A stretch of 64,000 nucleotides of DNA from an uncultured Bacteroides sp. (GTDB taxonomy: Bacteria; Bacteroidota; Bacteroidia; Bacteroidales; GCA-2748055): the NCBI GenBank assembly GCA_964467775.1, contig CAYXUD010000112.1:334-64333 (forward strand), in the 5' to 3' direction. Below are positions 54,666 through 64,000 of the stretch, piece after piece; position 1 is the first letter of the stretch, and the number at the start of each line of letters is the position of its first letter. A model generated the notes under the pieces. It had not been told where the DNA came from, ran no database searches, and saw nothing but the letters and a program-made list of their open reading frames with translations. The position numbers and the translations under genes were made by a program.

Positions 54666-55931
54666 ATGGAAGTGGTAAAATCATACGGGGCTGAGCTGGC
54701 GGGACTTGTGAACGAGATGTCGCCTTACCTGTTACTCGGGTTCTTTTTTGCCGGGGTTCTCAGGGTGGTTTTTCCAGGGGGGGCCGTCACCCGTTATATG
54801 GGGCAGAGGAGCTTCATCTCTGTCCTGAATGCCTCCCTGCTGGGGGTACCGATGCCCCTTTGCTCATGCGGTGTATTGCCTACCGGCATCGGTTTTTACA
54901 GGAACGGGGCTTCCCGGGGATCCACTATTTCATTCCTTATCTCCACGCCTCAGACCGGTGTTGATTCCATTTTGGCCACCTATGCCCTGCTGGGACTCCC
55001 CCTGGCGATCATCAGGCCGCTGGTGGCGCTTGTGACCGGGGTTCTCGGCGGCGTTCTCGGAAACCTGGCGGAAAAAAACGGCCCTTCAGACCGCGGGAAA
55101 GAGAGTGTATCAGGCGAGCACCATGAGAGGAGCGTGAAGGAACTGTTCAGGTACGGGTTTGTGGAGCTGCTGCAGGATATTTCCAAATGGCTGATCATTG
55201 GAATGCTGGTGGCTGCCCTGCTCTCTGTCCTGATCCCGCCGGACTTCTTCACGCACAGGATCAGCAACGATTACCTGGCCATGCTGATCATGCTGCTGGC
55301 ATCGGTCCCGCTCTATATCTGCGCTACGGGGTCCATTCCCATAGCAGCCGTGCTGCTGTTGAAGGGCCTCTCTCCGGGGGCAGCCCTGGTCCTGCTGATG
55401 GCCGGACCGGCTACCAACATTGCCACCATGGCCGTGATCGGGAATGCCCTGGGCAGGAGATCCCTCATTGTCTACCTGGCCAGCATAATCGGGGGGGCTC
55501 TTCTGTTCGGGATATTGATCAATGAACTCATTCCCCGCGAATGGATCACCGGGGCTATCCCGCCCGGGATGAAGGATACCCTGCATCAGCACCCGGCGCG
55601 ATGGTTCCAGTGGCTTTCATCGGGGACCCTTCTTCTTCTGATGGTCAACGGGTACGTACTGAAATACATGGAAAAGCGGAGAAACAGGGCTGCTGCCAGG
55701 ATCCCCGGTGATCCATCCATCCTGCCATTGCATGTATACAGGGTGGAGGGGATGACCTGTAACCACTGCAAGGCCAGCGTGGAGAGAGGTCTGGGCGAAC
55801 TGGACAATGTATCCATGGTGAAGGCCGACCCTGAGTCGGACCGGGTCATTGTCCGGGCCGGGGAGCTGTCCGATGCGGATGTCAGACTGACAGTGGAGAG
55901 GCTGGGCTACATCTACAAGGGGAAGCTCTGA
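54666..55931 (+). CDS. SO_0444-type (DUF318) permease fused to a C-terminal heavy-metal-associated (HMA) domain; putative Cu/Zn efflux transporter
   Basis: Polytopic permease with a CSCGVLP motif. The C-terminal YRVEGMTCNHCKASVERGL is an HMA domain. The ATG at 54666 is preferred because a TAnnTTTG-like element (TACTTTTG, 54603-54610) lies inside the longer TTG-started ORF. Confidence 0.75.
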   Translation: MEVVKSYGAELAGLVNEMSPYLLLGFFFAGVLRVVFPGGAVTRYMGQRSFISVLNASLLGVPMPLCSCGVLPTGIGFYRNGASRGSTISFLISTPQTGVDSILATYALLGLPLAIIRPLVALVTGVLGGVLGNLAEKNGPSDRGKESVSGEHHERSVKELFRYGFVELLQDISKWLIIGMLVAALLSVLIPPDFFTHRISNDYLAMLIMLLASVPLYICATGSIPIAAVLLLKGLSPGAALVLLMAGPATNIATMAVIGNALGRRSLIVYLASIIGGALLFGILINELIPREWITGAIPPGMKDTLHQHPARWFQWLSSGTLLLLMVNGYVLKYMEKRRNRAAARIPGDPSILPLHVYRVEGMTCNHCKASVERGLGELDNVSMVKADPESDRVIVRAGELSDADVRLTVERLGYIYKGKL

Positions 55932-55936
55932 TCAAT

Positions 55937-58396
55937 ATGACACTGAACGACCTGCATACGGGAGACACAGCGACCATCAGCCGGATCAGGGGCAGGGGGA
56001 CCTTCCGGAAAAGGATCACCGAGATGGGATTTATCCGCGGCAAGCCGGTGGTGGTCCTGAAATCTGCGCCCCTGAAGGACCCGGTGGAGTACCGGATCAT
56101 GGAAAGCAATGTCTCGCTCCGCAGGAGTGAAGCTGAACTGATCGAGGTGGTGACGCGGGGGGAGGAATTGACGATGCCGGCTCCACCGACTGTTCCATAC
56201 ATGCCCGGGTCCATCCAGAGGAGAGCCGTGGTTTCCAGGCCCGGGCGAACCATCGATGTAGCCCTGGTGGGGAACCCCAATTGTGGAAAGACCACCCTCT
56301 TCAACAGGGTATCCCGTTCGCGGGGGCATGTGGGGAATTATCCAGGTGTAACCGTGGATTCCAAGCAGGCTGTCTTTCACCACAGGGGGTACACCTTCAG
56401 GATCACGGACCTGCCGGGCACCTACTCCCTTTCCGATTACTCCAGCGAGGAACGATTCGTGAGGGAACATATCCTGAACCGGAAACCTGATGTAGTGATC
56501 AACGTGGTGGATGCCAATAACCTGGAGCGCAACCTCTACCTTACAAGCCAGCTCATCGATATGGATGTGACCGTTGTCCTGGCACTGAACATGTATGACG
56601 ACCTGCTGACCAGGAAGGATAAACTGGACACGGGATTACTGAGCCAGTTGCTCGGGATCCGGGTGGTCCCCACCATCAGCCACCGCGGGAAAGGAATTTA
56701 CAGGTTGCTCAACCATGTGATCCGGATATTTGAGGGCGAGGACCCGGATATCCGGCACATCCACATCAATTATGGTGAGGAGATCGAGAATTCGGTCCGC
56801 AGGCTTCAGGAACTGATCCGTGAAAATCCATCCGTTACCGATCACTATTCCTCCCGTTTCCTTTCACTGAAGTTGCTTGAGAAGGATGACAGCTGTTTGC
56901 ATATGCTGTCAAGGGAGCACAATTTCCATGAGATCAGGGAAAGGGCGGAAGAAGAGATCCATAAGCTTGAACAGCTTTTCAGGGAGGATGCCGGATCCCT
57001 GATCACCGACGCACGGTTCGGTTTTGTTGCGGGGGCCCTTAAAGAGACGATGAAGAGGAGCGGCTCCGATCCGGGATTCTCAAGGTCCCGGCGAATTGAC
57101 AGGATCCTCACCCACAGGTTCCTGGGATTACCCATATTCCTGGGCTTCCTTTGGCTGATGTTCCACGCCACCTTTACCCTCGGGAGATATCCCATGACCT
57201 GGATCGAATCAGGGATTGACCTCCTCGGCACCTTCATCAGGTCAAACCTGGCCGACGGGATGTTCAGGGATATGCTGGTGGACGGGGTTATCGGCGGAGT
57301 GGGAGGGGTGGTTGTCTTCCTGCCCAATATACTGATCCTCTTTTTTTTCATCTCCCTGATGGAAGATAGCGGCTACATGGCACGGACAGCATTTATCATG
57401 GACAGGATCATGCACCTGTTCGGCCTGCACGGTAAATCATTTATTCCCCTGGTCATGGGCTTTGGCTGTAATGTACCGGCCATTTTGGCCACCCGGAATC
57501 TGGAAAACAGGAACGACCGGCTTCTGACCATGCTCATTATCCCATTCATGTCCTGCAGCGCCAGGCTGCCTGTTTATATATTGATCGCAGGTGCAGTATT
57601 CCCGGAGCATGCGGGCAACGTGATATTCCTGCTTTACATGACTGGTGTGGCATTTTCCCTGCTGATCTCGGTCCTTTTTAAAAACACACTCTTCCGTCAC
57701 AAAGAGGCCCCGTTTGTTATGGAATTACCGATATACAGGAACCCGGGGATCCGGATCACCCTTCGCCATATGTGGAGTAAAGGGGTGCACTACCTGAAGA
57801 AGATGGGTGGTGTCATCCTGGTCGCCTCCATCGCCATCTGGGCACTTGGTTATTTCCCCCGGGACGTTGAATATTCGAGGGACTATGATGCACTGATTGC
57901 AGAGGAACAGCAGGAGAATGAAATCTCCCTCCTGCTCCGGGAACGGGAGGCTGAACACCAGGAACATTCACTCATCGGCAGGCTGGGAGTGTCTATTGAA
58001 CCTGTGATCGCACCGCTCGGTTTTGACTGGAAGATGGGGGTAGCACTGGTCTCAGGCTTTGCTGCCAAGGAGATTGTGGTAAGCACAATGGGGGTTTTGT
58101 ACCATGCCGATGAAAGTTCTGCGTCAGCCTACACCACCTCCCTGGAATCGAGGATCCGGGAACAGGTCTACAGCTCCGGCCCCAGGACGGGGCAGAAGGT
58201 ATTCACCCCGCTTACCGGTCTGTCATTTATGGTGTTCACACTCCTCTATCTGCCATGTGTGGCGGTGGTTGCAGCGGTTGGCAGGGAATCGGGCAGCTGG
58301 AAATGGGCCGGGTTCGTACTCTTCTATACCACGGCAATCGCATGGCTGGCAAGTTTTGCAATCTTCCAGATCGGGACATTGCTGCAAGTGGTATGA
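55937..58396 (+). CDS. feoB: Ferrous iron transporter, FeoA-FeoB fusion
   Basis: N-terminal FeoA (LHTGDTATISRI...GFIRGKPVVVL). G-domain VALVGNPNCGKTTLFN and DLPGTYSL. Polytopic permease part. Confidence 0.95.
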   Translation: MTLNDLHTGDTATISRIRGRGTFRKRITEMGFIRGKPVVVLKSAPLKDPVEYRIMESNVSLRRSEAELIEVVTRGEELTMPAPPTVPYMPGSIQRRAVVSRPGRTIDVALVGNPNCGKTTLFNRVSRSRGHVGNYPGVTVDSKQAVFHHRGYTFRITDLPGTYSLSDYSSEERFVREHILNRKPDVVINVVDANNLERNLYLTSQLIDMDVTVVLALNMYDDLLTRKDKLDTGLLSQLLGIRVVPTISHRGKGIYRLLNHVIRIFEGEDPDIRHIHINYGEEIENSVRRLQELIRENPSVTDHYSSRFLSLKLLEKDDSCLHMLSREHNFHEIRERAEEEIHKLEQLFREDAGSLITDARFGFVAGALKETMKRSGSDPGFSRSRRIDRILTHRFLGLPIFLGFLWLMFHATFTLGRYPMTWIESGIDLLGTFIRSNLADGMFRDMLVDGVIGGVGGVVVFLPNILILFFFISLMEDSGYMARTAFIMDRIMHLFGLHGKSFIPLVMGFGCNVPAILATRNLENRNDRLLTMLIIPFMSCSARLPVYILIAGAVFPEHAGNVIFLLYMTGVAFSLLISVLFKNTLFRHKEAPFVMELPIYRNPGIRITLRHMWSKGVHYLKKMGGVILVASIAIWALGYFPRDVEYSRDYDALIAEEQQENEISLLLREREAEHQEHSLIGRLGVSIEPVIAPLGFDWKMGVALVSGFAAKEIVVSTMGVLYHADESSASAYTTSLESRIREQVYSSGPRTGQKVFTPLTGLSFMVFTLLYLPCVAVVAAVGRESGSWKWAGFVLFYTTAIAWLASFAIFQIGTLLQVV

Positions 58397-58442
58397 AATT
58401 CCTATATTGCACCCCCTTTTACATGCAAATCATTTTCGTCAT

Positions 58443-61400
58443 ATGCTGAAGAGATTTTCATTCCTGATATCCATGTCATTCATGGGGGTACTGCTGATCC
58501 TGCTGATCGTGGTTCTGGCGCTGGCCACTTTCATTGAGAGTGCCTACGATACAGCCACGGCCTGGGCCGTGGTCTACGGAACACACTGGTTCGAACTCCT
58601 GCTGCTGCTCATTGCCATCAATATTGCCGGGGCGATGGTCAGGTATAAGCTCTTTCACCGGAAAAAGCTGGTGGTACTGGTCTTCCACCTCTCTTTCCTG
58701 CTGATCCTGGCGGGGGCTTCCATCACCAGGTTTATCAGTTATGAAGGGGTTATGCATATCAGGGAGGGGGCCACATCCAGCACCATGCTGAGCGATAACG
58801 GCTTTATTCATGTTGCGCTTGAGGCCGGTGGTGAGCAGGTGGAACAGAGCAAGGAGGTGATGATCTCGGAACTGACGCCCGGGGATTTCAAAATGCGGGC
58901 CAGGGTAGGCGGTGAAAAAGTGAAGATCAGGTCCACGGGATATATGGCCAGTGTCGTGGAACAATATATGGCGGCCCCGGGCGGTGAACCCTATCTGCAG
59001 GTTGTCATGGTAAGCAACCGGCAGACCTCTGTCGGGCTCGCATCAGGGGAGACCCGGAATGTGATGGGTTTGGATATTTCCTTCAACAGCGATGACACCA
59101 CGGCTGTCCTGAGGCTCGTTTCTGAAGGAGATGAGATCTCGGCTTATGCGCCGTTTGTCATCTCCGCCACGCAGATGGGAGGTGCCGGACAGACAGAATA
59201 CCAGGCCCGGGAACCGGTCCCCATACGGGAAGGCACCCTTTACACGATCGGGCACATCCGGATGGCGGTTCAGAATTTTATCCCCTCTGCCAGAAGAAAA
59301 CTGGTCAGGGCACCCGCTGGTCAGAATGGATCCCAACTGGCTGCAGTCATCATGGAGATCAAGTACAGGGGAATGACCTCGGAGGTTTACGTGCCGGGCC
59401 ATGCAAAGCTGACCGGAGTGCCGGTGGAAGGGGAGATGGGCGATCTTTCCTATTCCCTGACCTACGGCTCCATGGAGATCCCGATTCCCTTCTCCCTCTA
59501 CCTGAAGGATTTCCAGGTGGAACGTTATCCGGGTTCAAACAGCCCCTCTTCCTTCGCCAGTGAGGTTACCCTTATTGACACGGAGATGGATATCCGCGAA
59601 GAGAGGCGGATCTTTATGAACAATGTTTTGAAGCACAGGGGGTACCGTTTCTACCAGTCCTCCTACGACAATGATGAAATGGGGACCATCCTTTCGGTCA
59701 ACAAGGACCGTGCGGGAACCTTCATCACCTACCTCGGATACATCCTGCTGATGGGTGGCATGGTACTGGCCATGTTCGTCAGGGGGACCCGGTTTTCAAT
59801 GATCGCCAGGAAGAGCTCGGCTGCGGTAAAAATAGTGATCGCCGGCCTGCTCATTGCTGGTGCAGGGGTACCCCTGTTCTCCCAGGATGTTCCGCCAAAG
59901 GATATTGCCCAGGAATTCGGGACCCTCTGGGTACAGGACAAGGGGGGGCGGTTTGAACCGATGAACACCCTTGCCAACGAGGTGGTCCGCAAGGTGACCC
60001 GGAAGTCCAGGTACAAAGAGTACACAGCTGACCAGGTCATTCTGGGGATGATGATCTACCCCGATGCCTGGCAGGAGAAGCCACTGTTTAAAATCAAACA
60101 CCCTGAATTGCAACGTGCCACAGGGTATAAAGGGGAGACGGTAAGTTTCAATGACCTCCTGGATTCAACAGGGGCCGTTTACCTGCTCTCAGAGATGGTC
60201 AATGAAGCATTTTCGAAGCAGGTGGCTGAGCAAACCGAACTGGACAGGGAGGTCATCAAGCTGGATGACCGCATCAACGCCCTGTTCCTTGTGCAGTCGG
60301 GAGGAATGATCACCATCTTCCCGGACCCGGCATCGGAGAACCATAAGTGGACCTCGGTTTCAGAAGCAATCAGGGGGCATATGAGACAGGACGGGGACAC
60401 CATCTCAATGGTCTTCCTGGAGTATCTGAATTCCATTGAATCAGGCGACTATGCAACCGCCCGGTCAAGGCTGGCCACGCTCGGTAAATATCAGTCAGAC
60501 CATGAAACCCTGCTGCCTTCCCTCACCAGGAAGAGGATGGAGATCCTCTACAACAGGGTCAGTCTGTTCCCTAGGCTGTCCAGGTTTTACGGGCTGTTCG
60601 GGATCCTGATGATGGTCCTTCAATTCCTGATCGTTTTCCGTCCCCGCAGGATTCTGAGAATATTGTTCATGTCGGGGACCATCCTCCTGGCGGCTGCGTT
60701 CGCGGTCCACACGCTGGTGCTGGCAGGCAGGTGGTATATCAGTGGCCATGCACCCATGAGCAATGGTTATGAATCGATGATCTTCGTTTCATGGGTTACC
60801 CTCCTGGCAGGACTGATCTTTGTCAGGCGTTCGGGGTATGCCCTTGCGCTGACAGCCATATTATCCGCGTTGTCCCTGATGGTTGCAGGAATGAGCAACA
60901 TGAACCCCGAGATCACCAATCTGGTTCCTGTGCTTAAATCGGTATGGCTGACCATCCACGTCACCGTGATCATGGCAGGATACGGTTTCCTTGGCCTGGC
61001 CTCCGTCATGGGACTGCTGAACGTGGTGCTGTATGCGACGCTTTCCCCGTCCAACAGGGGCCGGATAGGGGAGGTGATCAGCCGGGTAACCCAGGTGAAC
61101 CATATGATACTGATCATCGGGCTCTATTTTATGACGGCCGGGGTATTCCTTGGCGGGGTATGGGCCAATGAATCCTGGGGCCGCTACTGGGGATGGGACC
61201 CGAAAGAGACATGGGCCCTGATCACCGTACTGGTCTATGCGTTTGTGACCCACATGCACCGGATCCCGGGAATGCGCGGGGCATTTGCCTTCAACCTGGG
61301 CTCATTTATCGGTTATACCTCCGTGCTGATGACCTATTTCGGTGTGAACTATTTCCTCGGGGGGATCCACTCCTACGCTACCGGTTCTGCATTCAAGCTT

Positions 61401-61502
61401 CCCTGGTTCACCTATCTGGTCATCGCGGGATTGATAGCCCTGGCCATTTTTGCCTACAGCCGGCACAGGAGACTGCTCCCCGGCCTGCCGGATGATCAGT
61501 AA
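58443..61502 (+). CDS. ccsBA: Cytochrome c biogenesis system II protein, ResB/Ccs1-CcsA fusion (CcsBA)
   Basis: ResB-like N terminus (FMGVLLILLIVVLALATFIESAYDTATAW). C-terminal CcsA with the Trp-rich heme-handling motif WANESWGRYWGWDPKETW. The ATG at 58443 lies just after the feoB stop; the longer ORF (58104) overlaps feoB. Confidence 0.85.
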   Translation: MLKRFSFLISMSFMGVLLILLIVVLALATFIESAYDTATAWAVVYGTHWFELLLLLIAINIAGAMVRYKLFHRKKLVVLVFHLSFLLILAGASITRFISYEGVMHIREGATSSTMLSDNGFIHVALEAGGEQVEQSKEVMISELTPGDFKMRARVGGEKVKIRSTGYMASVVEQYMAAPGGEPYLQVVMVSNRQTSVGLASGETRNVMGLDISFNSDDTTAVLRLVSEGDEISAYAPFVISATQMGGAGQTEYQAREPVPIREGTLYTIGHIRMAVQNFIPSARRKLVRAPAGQNGSQLAAVIMEIKYRGMTSEVYVPGHAKLTGVPVEGEMGDLSYSLTYGSMEIPIPFSLYLKDFQVERYPGSNSPSSFASEVTLIDTEMDIREERRIFMNNVLKHRGYRFYQSSYDNDEMGTILSVNKDRAGTFITYLGYILLMGGMVLAMFVRGTRFSMIARKSSAAVKIVIAGLLIAGAGVPLFSQDVPPKDIAQEFGTLWVQDKGGRFEPMNTLANEVVRKVTRKSRYKEYTADQVILGMMIYPDAWQEKPLFKIKHPELQRATGYKGETVSFNDLLDSTGAVYLLSEMVNEAFSKQVAEQTELDREVIKLDDRINALFLVQSGGMITIFPDPASENHKWTSVSEAIRGHMRQDGDTISMVFLEYLNSIESGDYATARSRLATLGKYQSDHETLLPSLTRKRMEILYNRVSLFPRLSRFYGLFGILMMVLQFLIVFRPRRILRILFMSGTILLAAAFAVHTLVLAGRWYISGHAPMSNGYESMIFVSWVTLLAGLIFVRRSGYALALTAILSALSLMVAGMSNMNPEITNLVPVLKSVWLTIHVTVIMAGYGFLGLASVMGLLNVVLYATLSPSNRGRIGEVISRVTQVNHMILIIGLYFMTAGVFLGGVWANESWGRYWGWDPKETWALITVLVYAFVTHMHRIPGMRGAFAFNLGSFIGYTSVLMTYFGVNYFLGGIHSYATGSAFKLPWFTYLVIAGLIALAIFAYSRHRRLLPGLPDDQ

Positions 61503-62152
61503 GGTACCTGATTGAGATCGGACCGGTTCCTTTTACCGAAATCGATCACACAGTTGACCCGGTAGGATTTGTGGGGCCTGATGGCCACGCCGGCCGAGTT
61601 GTAGTTCCGGTTAAGGATATTCTTACGGTGGCCCGCATCCCGGATGCCCTCATCAATCAGCAGGGTTATCACGATACTGATGGCATCTTCATACCCGTAC
61701 GAGCAGTTTTCGCCCCATGCATCATAGGGATTGCCCATCAGGGGCGCAAATCGCTTTTGCATCTCCTGATGGCCCACATGTCCCGTTTCGCCCGACCGGG
61801 TGGCGTGTCCCTGTGCCACCGCCGTGAGGTCCTCTTCGGGAATCAGTGCCGGCAGCCCGGATACGCTCTTCAGGTCCTGGTAAAGAGACCTCAGGTAACT
61901 GCTGTTCTTCACCTGGTTCTGCTCCACAAAGGTCTTCACAAAGGTTTCCGCAAAAAGCGCTCCGTCATGTCTGGCCATATTCATGAACAGGATCACCTTC
62001 TGTTCCTCTTCATTCAGGTAAGGGATCCCGCGGCTTGTAAACAGGCTCCTGACCACTTCCTGGTCCCACCTGTCCCAGGCGGAAGTCTGGCCCGTGACCC
62101 CTGCCGGCAGCAGGAGAAAGGGGATGATAAAAAGATGGCTGATCAGTTTCAT
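61496..62152 (-). CDS. Secreted CAP/SCP/PR1-like domain protein
   Basis: Signal peptide MKLISHLFIIPFLLLPAGVTGQ (ATG 62152). CAP motifs GHVGHQ, WGENCSYG and GHRKNILN..YNSAGVA. Confidence 0.7.
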   Translation of the reverse strand: MKLISHLFIIPFLLLPAGVTGQTSAWDRWDQEVVRSLFTSRGIPYLNEEEQKVILFMNMARHDGALFAETFVKTFVEQNQVKNSSYLRSLYQDLKSVSGLPALIPEEDLTAVAQGHATRSGETGHVGHQEMQKRFAPLMGNPYDAWGENCSYGYEDAISIVITLLIDEGIRDAGHRKNILNRNYNSAGVAIRPHKSYRVNCVIDFGKRNRSDLNQVPY

Positions 62153-62231
62153 CACATAACATATACCTTGCCGGTGCATTGAACCAACCACAATCCTGTG
62201 CCCGCCGGGTTCATGGGTCAACCCTTCCGGT

Positions 62232-62654
62232 TCACTCACCGGGATCAAGTTTCATATAGACGTCATAATCCTCGAAAACCTCGAACCCGAGGCTCCTGTA
62301 AAGGTTGACAGCAGGGGTGTTCTTCCGGTGGACCTCCAGTTTTACCGGGCAGCCCCTCTGTCTCGCAAATTCAAGCGACCTGATCGCCAGGGAACGGCCG
62401 TGTCCCTGACCCTGAAGCGATGGCCGGATGGCAAAGTGGTGCAGGAATACCCTGCGCCCGTCCCATGTCATCCAGGAGGTGCCTGCAACCGATCCTGTAG
62501 CGGGATCTTCCATGACCAGGAATTTACCCCCCCAGCTGTTGCAGCGCTGGATGATACCGGCCGTATCCCCGCGTTCCACCGTGTAGATGCCGGTCTCCTT
62601 CCACAGCTTCTTCACCTCTGGATAATCGTCCGGCCGGTAGTCCCTGATGACCAT
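62232..62654 (-). CDS. GNAT-family N-acetyltransferase
   Basis: 140 aa with the acetyl-CoA-binding motif RPSLQGQGHGRSL and NTPAVNLYRSLGF. Confidence 0.85.
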   Translation of the reverse strand: MVIRDYRPDDYPEVKKLWKETGIYTVERGDTAGIIQRCNSWGGKFLVMEDPATGSVAGTSWMTWDGRRVFLHHFAIRPSLQGQGHGRSLAIRSLEFARQRGCPVKLEVHRKNTPAVNLYRSLGFEVFEDYDVYMKLDPGE

Positions 62655-62660
62655 CTTATG

Positions 62661-64000
62661 TCAGGCTTTTACGACATAGACCTGCCCGGTTTCATAGCGG
62701 ATCACCCGGATTTGCTGACCCTTTTCGATGAGGCCGTACTCTGCTTTGGCATCGTAGAGTTTATCATGGATCTTCACCTTCCCCGAGGGACGGAGCACCG
62801 TGTGGGCGATCCCGGTTTCACCTACCAGGGATCTTTGCGCTGTTTCCACCCCGATATATCCTTCATCCATCCGCTGTTCACTTTTCAGCGAAAGGTTGCC
62901 AAAAGCGGTGGTGGTCAGCAATTTTCGGGTGGCCCAAAGGGAAATGATCAGACCCAGCAGAATCGACACCAGGACCAGGCTGAGCGATTTCATCAGCAGC
63001 CCAAGCCCCTCACCGGTGAATTCCGGGTCCCTGAAGACCACGTTATCCACCAGGCTCAGGGTAAGTCCCGTGACAATGGCAATGATTCCTGCCACCCCGG
63101 CCACGCCGAACCCGGGAATGGCGAAGATCTCCACCATAATCAGGATCACTCCGGCAAGGAAAACGATCAGCTCCCAGTGTTCGGCCATTCCCTCAAGGTA
63201 GAGGGGGGCAAAATAGAGGAGCGCAGCCACGATGGAAGCGATCAGGGCAAAGCCGATGCCCGGCGATTGCAGTTCGAAGTAGATCCCCCCGATAATGATC
63301 ATGATCAGCACACCGCTGACCAGGGGGTTGATCAGGAAACCGATGACCTTATCCAGGGCTGAAGGATTGTAGGTTTTCAGTACGTATGTCTCGATACCCA
63401 GCGATTCAATAATCTCTTCAGCGGACCCGACGATCCCTTCACAGTAACCGTTCTTCATGGCTTCGCTGGCCGTAAACGTAAGCACCTGTCCGGTATCACT
63501 GATACCTTCGACATAGAGCCTTGGATCGACCATCGCTTCGGCAATGGCAGGATCACGGTGCCACACAATGAGGGTGTCGGAACCGGTAATGACCGTATCT
63601 TTTCCATGGGCTTCGGCTGTGGCCCGCATGGTGGCCCGCATGTAGGACTGGTACTTATCGGGCACCTGCTCCCCGGTCTGGTTAACTACCGTGGCCGCAC
63701 CAATCTTGCCTCCGGCCTTCATGTAGATGCTGTCGCAGGCAATGGCGATCAGTGCCCCGGCCGATGCCGCATTGTCATTGATAAAGACGTAAACCGGAAC
63801 CGGTGAATTCAGGATCCTGGTACGGATCGAATCAGCAGCGCTTACCTCACCGCCATAGGTGTTCAACTGCAGGATCACCAGATCGGCCCCCAGGCTGAGA
63901 GCCTCCTCAAATGCCTCCTGTGTGATCCTCCAGGCCGGAGCGGCAATGTTCTCCTTGATGCTGAAGGTGTACACCAGGACAGTATCTGCCCGATCAGCAA
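62661..64000 (-). CDS. NfeD-family membrane-bound ClpP-class serine protease (5' end outside the window)
   Basis: ClpP-like N domain (LQLNTYGGEVSAADSI...NDNAASAGALIA), four to five TM helices and a C-terminal NfeD OB-fold (HTVLRPSGKVKIHDKLYDAKAE...IRVI). The reading frame stays open to base 64000. Confidence 0.8.
   Translation of the reverse strand, partial: ADRADTVLVYTFSIKENIAAPAWRITQEAFEEALSLGADLVILQLNTYGGEVSAADSIRTRILNSPVPVYVFINDNAASAGALIAIACDSIYMKAGGKIGAATVVNQTGEQVPDKYQSYMRATMRATAEAHGKDTVITGSDTLIVWHRDPAIAEAMVDPRLYVEGISDTGQVLTFTASEAMKNGYCEGIVGSAEEIIESLGIETYVLKTYNPSALDKVIGFLINPLVSGVLIMIIIGGIYFELQSPGIGFALIASIVAALLYFAPLYLEGMAEHWELIVFLAGVILIMVEIFAIPGFGVAGVAGIIAIVTGLTLSLVDNVVFRDPEFTGEGLGLLMKSLSLVLVSILLGLIISLWATRKLLTTTAFGNLSLKSEQRMDEGYIGVETAQRSLVGETGIAHTVLRPSGKVKIHDKLYDAKAEYGLIEKGQQIRVIRYETGQVYVVKA

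Noticed and set aside
58104-58442. A 113-codon N-terminal extension of the CcsBA ORF
   Set aside because: It overlaps the 3' end of feoB in another frame and encodes an Arg/Pro/Ser-rich non-membrane sequence. The ResB-like signal-anchor begins at the ATG at 58443, just after the feoB stop.
62328-63362. A 344-aa + strand ORF across the GNAT and NfeD genes
   Set aside because: It is antisense to two well-supported genes, and the His/Asp/Gln/Pro-rich sequence has no domain signature. It is a shadow ORF.

Overview
This window looks like Bacteroidota chromosome: it has a SusC/SusD pair, T9SS C-terminal sorting domains, a FeoA-FeoB fusion and TAnnTTTG-type promoter motifs. I found no rRNA, tRNA, CRISPR array, transposase or integrase.

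Positions 1-24.5 kb are comparatively AT-rich and form a PUL-like locus. Fifteen genes run co-directionally on the + strand:
- a FecR-type anti-sigma factor (5' truncated), an STN-domain SusC and a SusD
- a T9SS-sorted protein, an oligogalacturonate-lyase-like propeller and a CE1-type esterase
- two signal-peptide-bearing nitrilase-superfamily C-N hydrolases and a GntP permease
- two DoxX membrane modules, each joined to a twin-arginine-signal partner (one fused, one adjacent)
- a TAT xylose-isomerase-like TIM barrel, tandem Nif3-like paralogs and a TAT Gfo/Idh/MocA oxidoreductase

On the - strand these are followed by a secreted amidohydrolase, two DUF1080 proteins and a second Gfo/Idh/MocA enzyme.

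Positions 25-64 kb are GC-richer and carry mostly core genes:
- nupG-like, Nudix, TlpA-like, coaD, an SLC12/APC permease, an orphan LytTR response regulator and lon
- rex, a TM1266-like ACT protein, ADP-forming acyl-CoA synthetase, an aminotransferase and a four-subunit 2-oxoacid:ferredoxin oxidoreductase
- nadD-gmk-yicC, a GH13-like lipoprotein and a propeller/YYY sensor kinase
- blc, a MATE pump, tnaA and a WD40 protein
- an SO_0444-type permease with an HMA domain, feoAB and ccsBA
- a CAP protein, a GNAT and NfeD (5' truncated)

The observations most worth follow-up are:
1. The periplasmic oxidative toolkit built around DoxX plus TAT-protein modules.
2. The Nif3-like pair in which one copy has lost every metal-ligand motif and its TAT signal.
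3. The exported nitrilase pair inside a SusC/D locus.
4. A GH13 protein with Gly in place of the nucleophile Asp, whose start overlaps the stop of a sensor kinase that has no response regulator.
5. The cassette running from rex to the 2-oxoacid:ferredoxin oxidoreductase.
6. A five-unit 8-nt tandem repeat that abuts the tnaA start codon.

All calls rest on motif recognition by eye. No searches were run.
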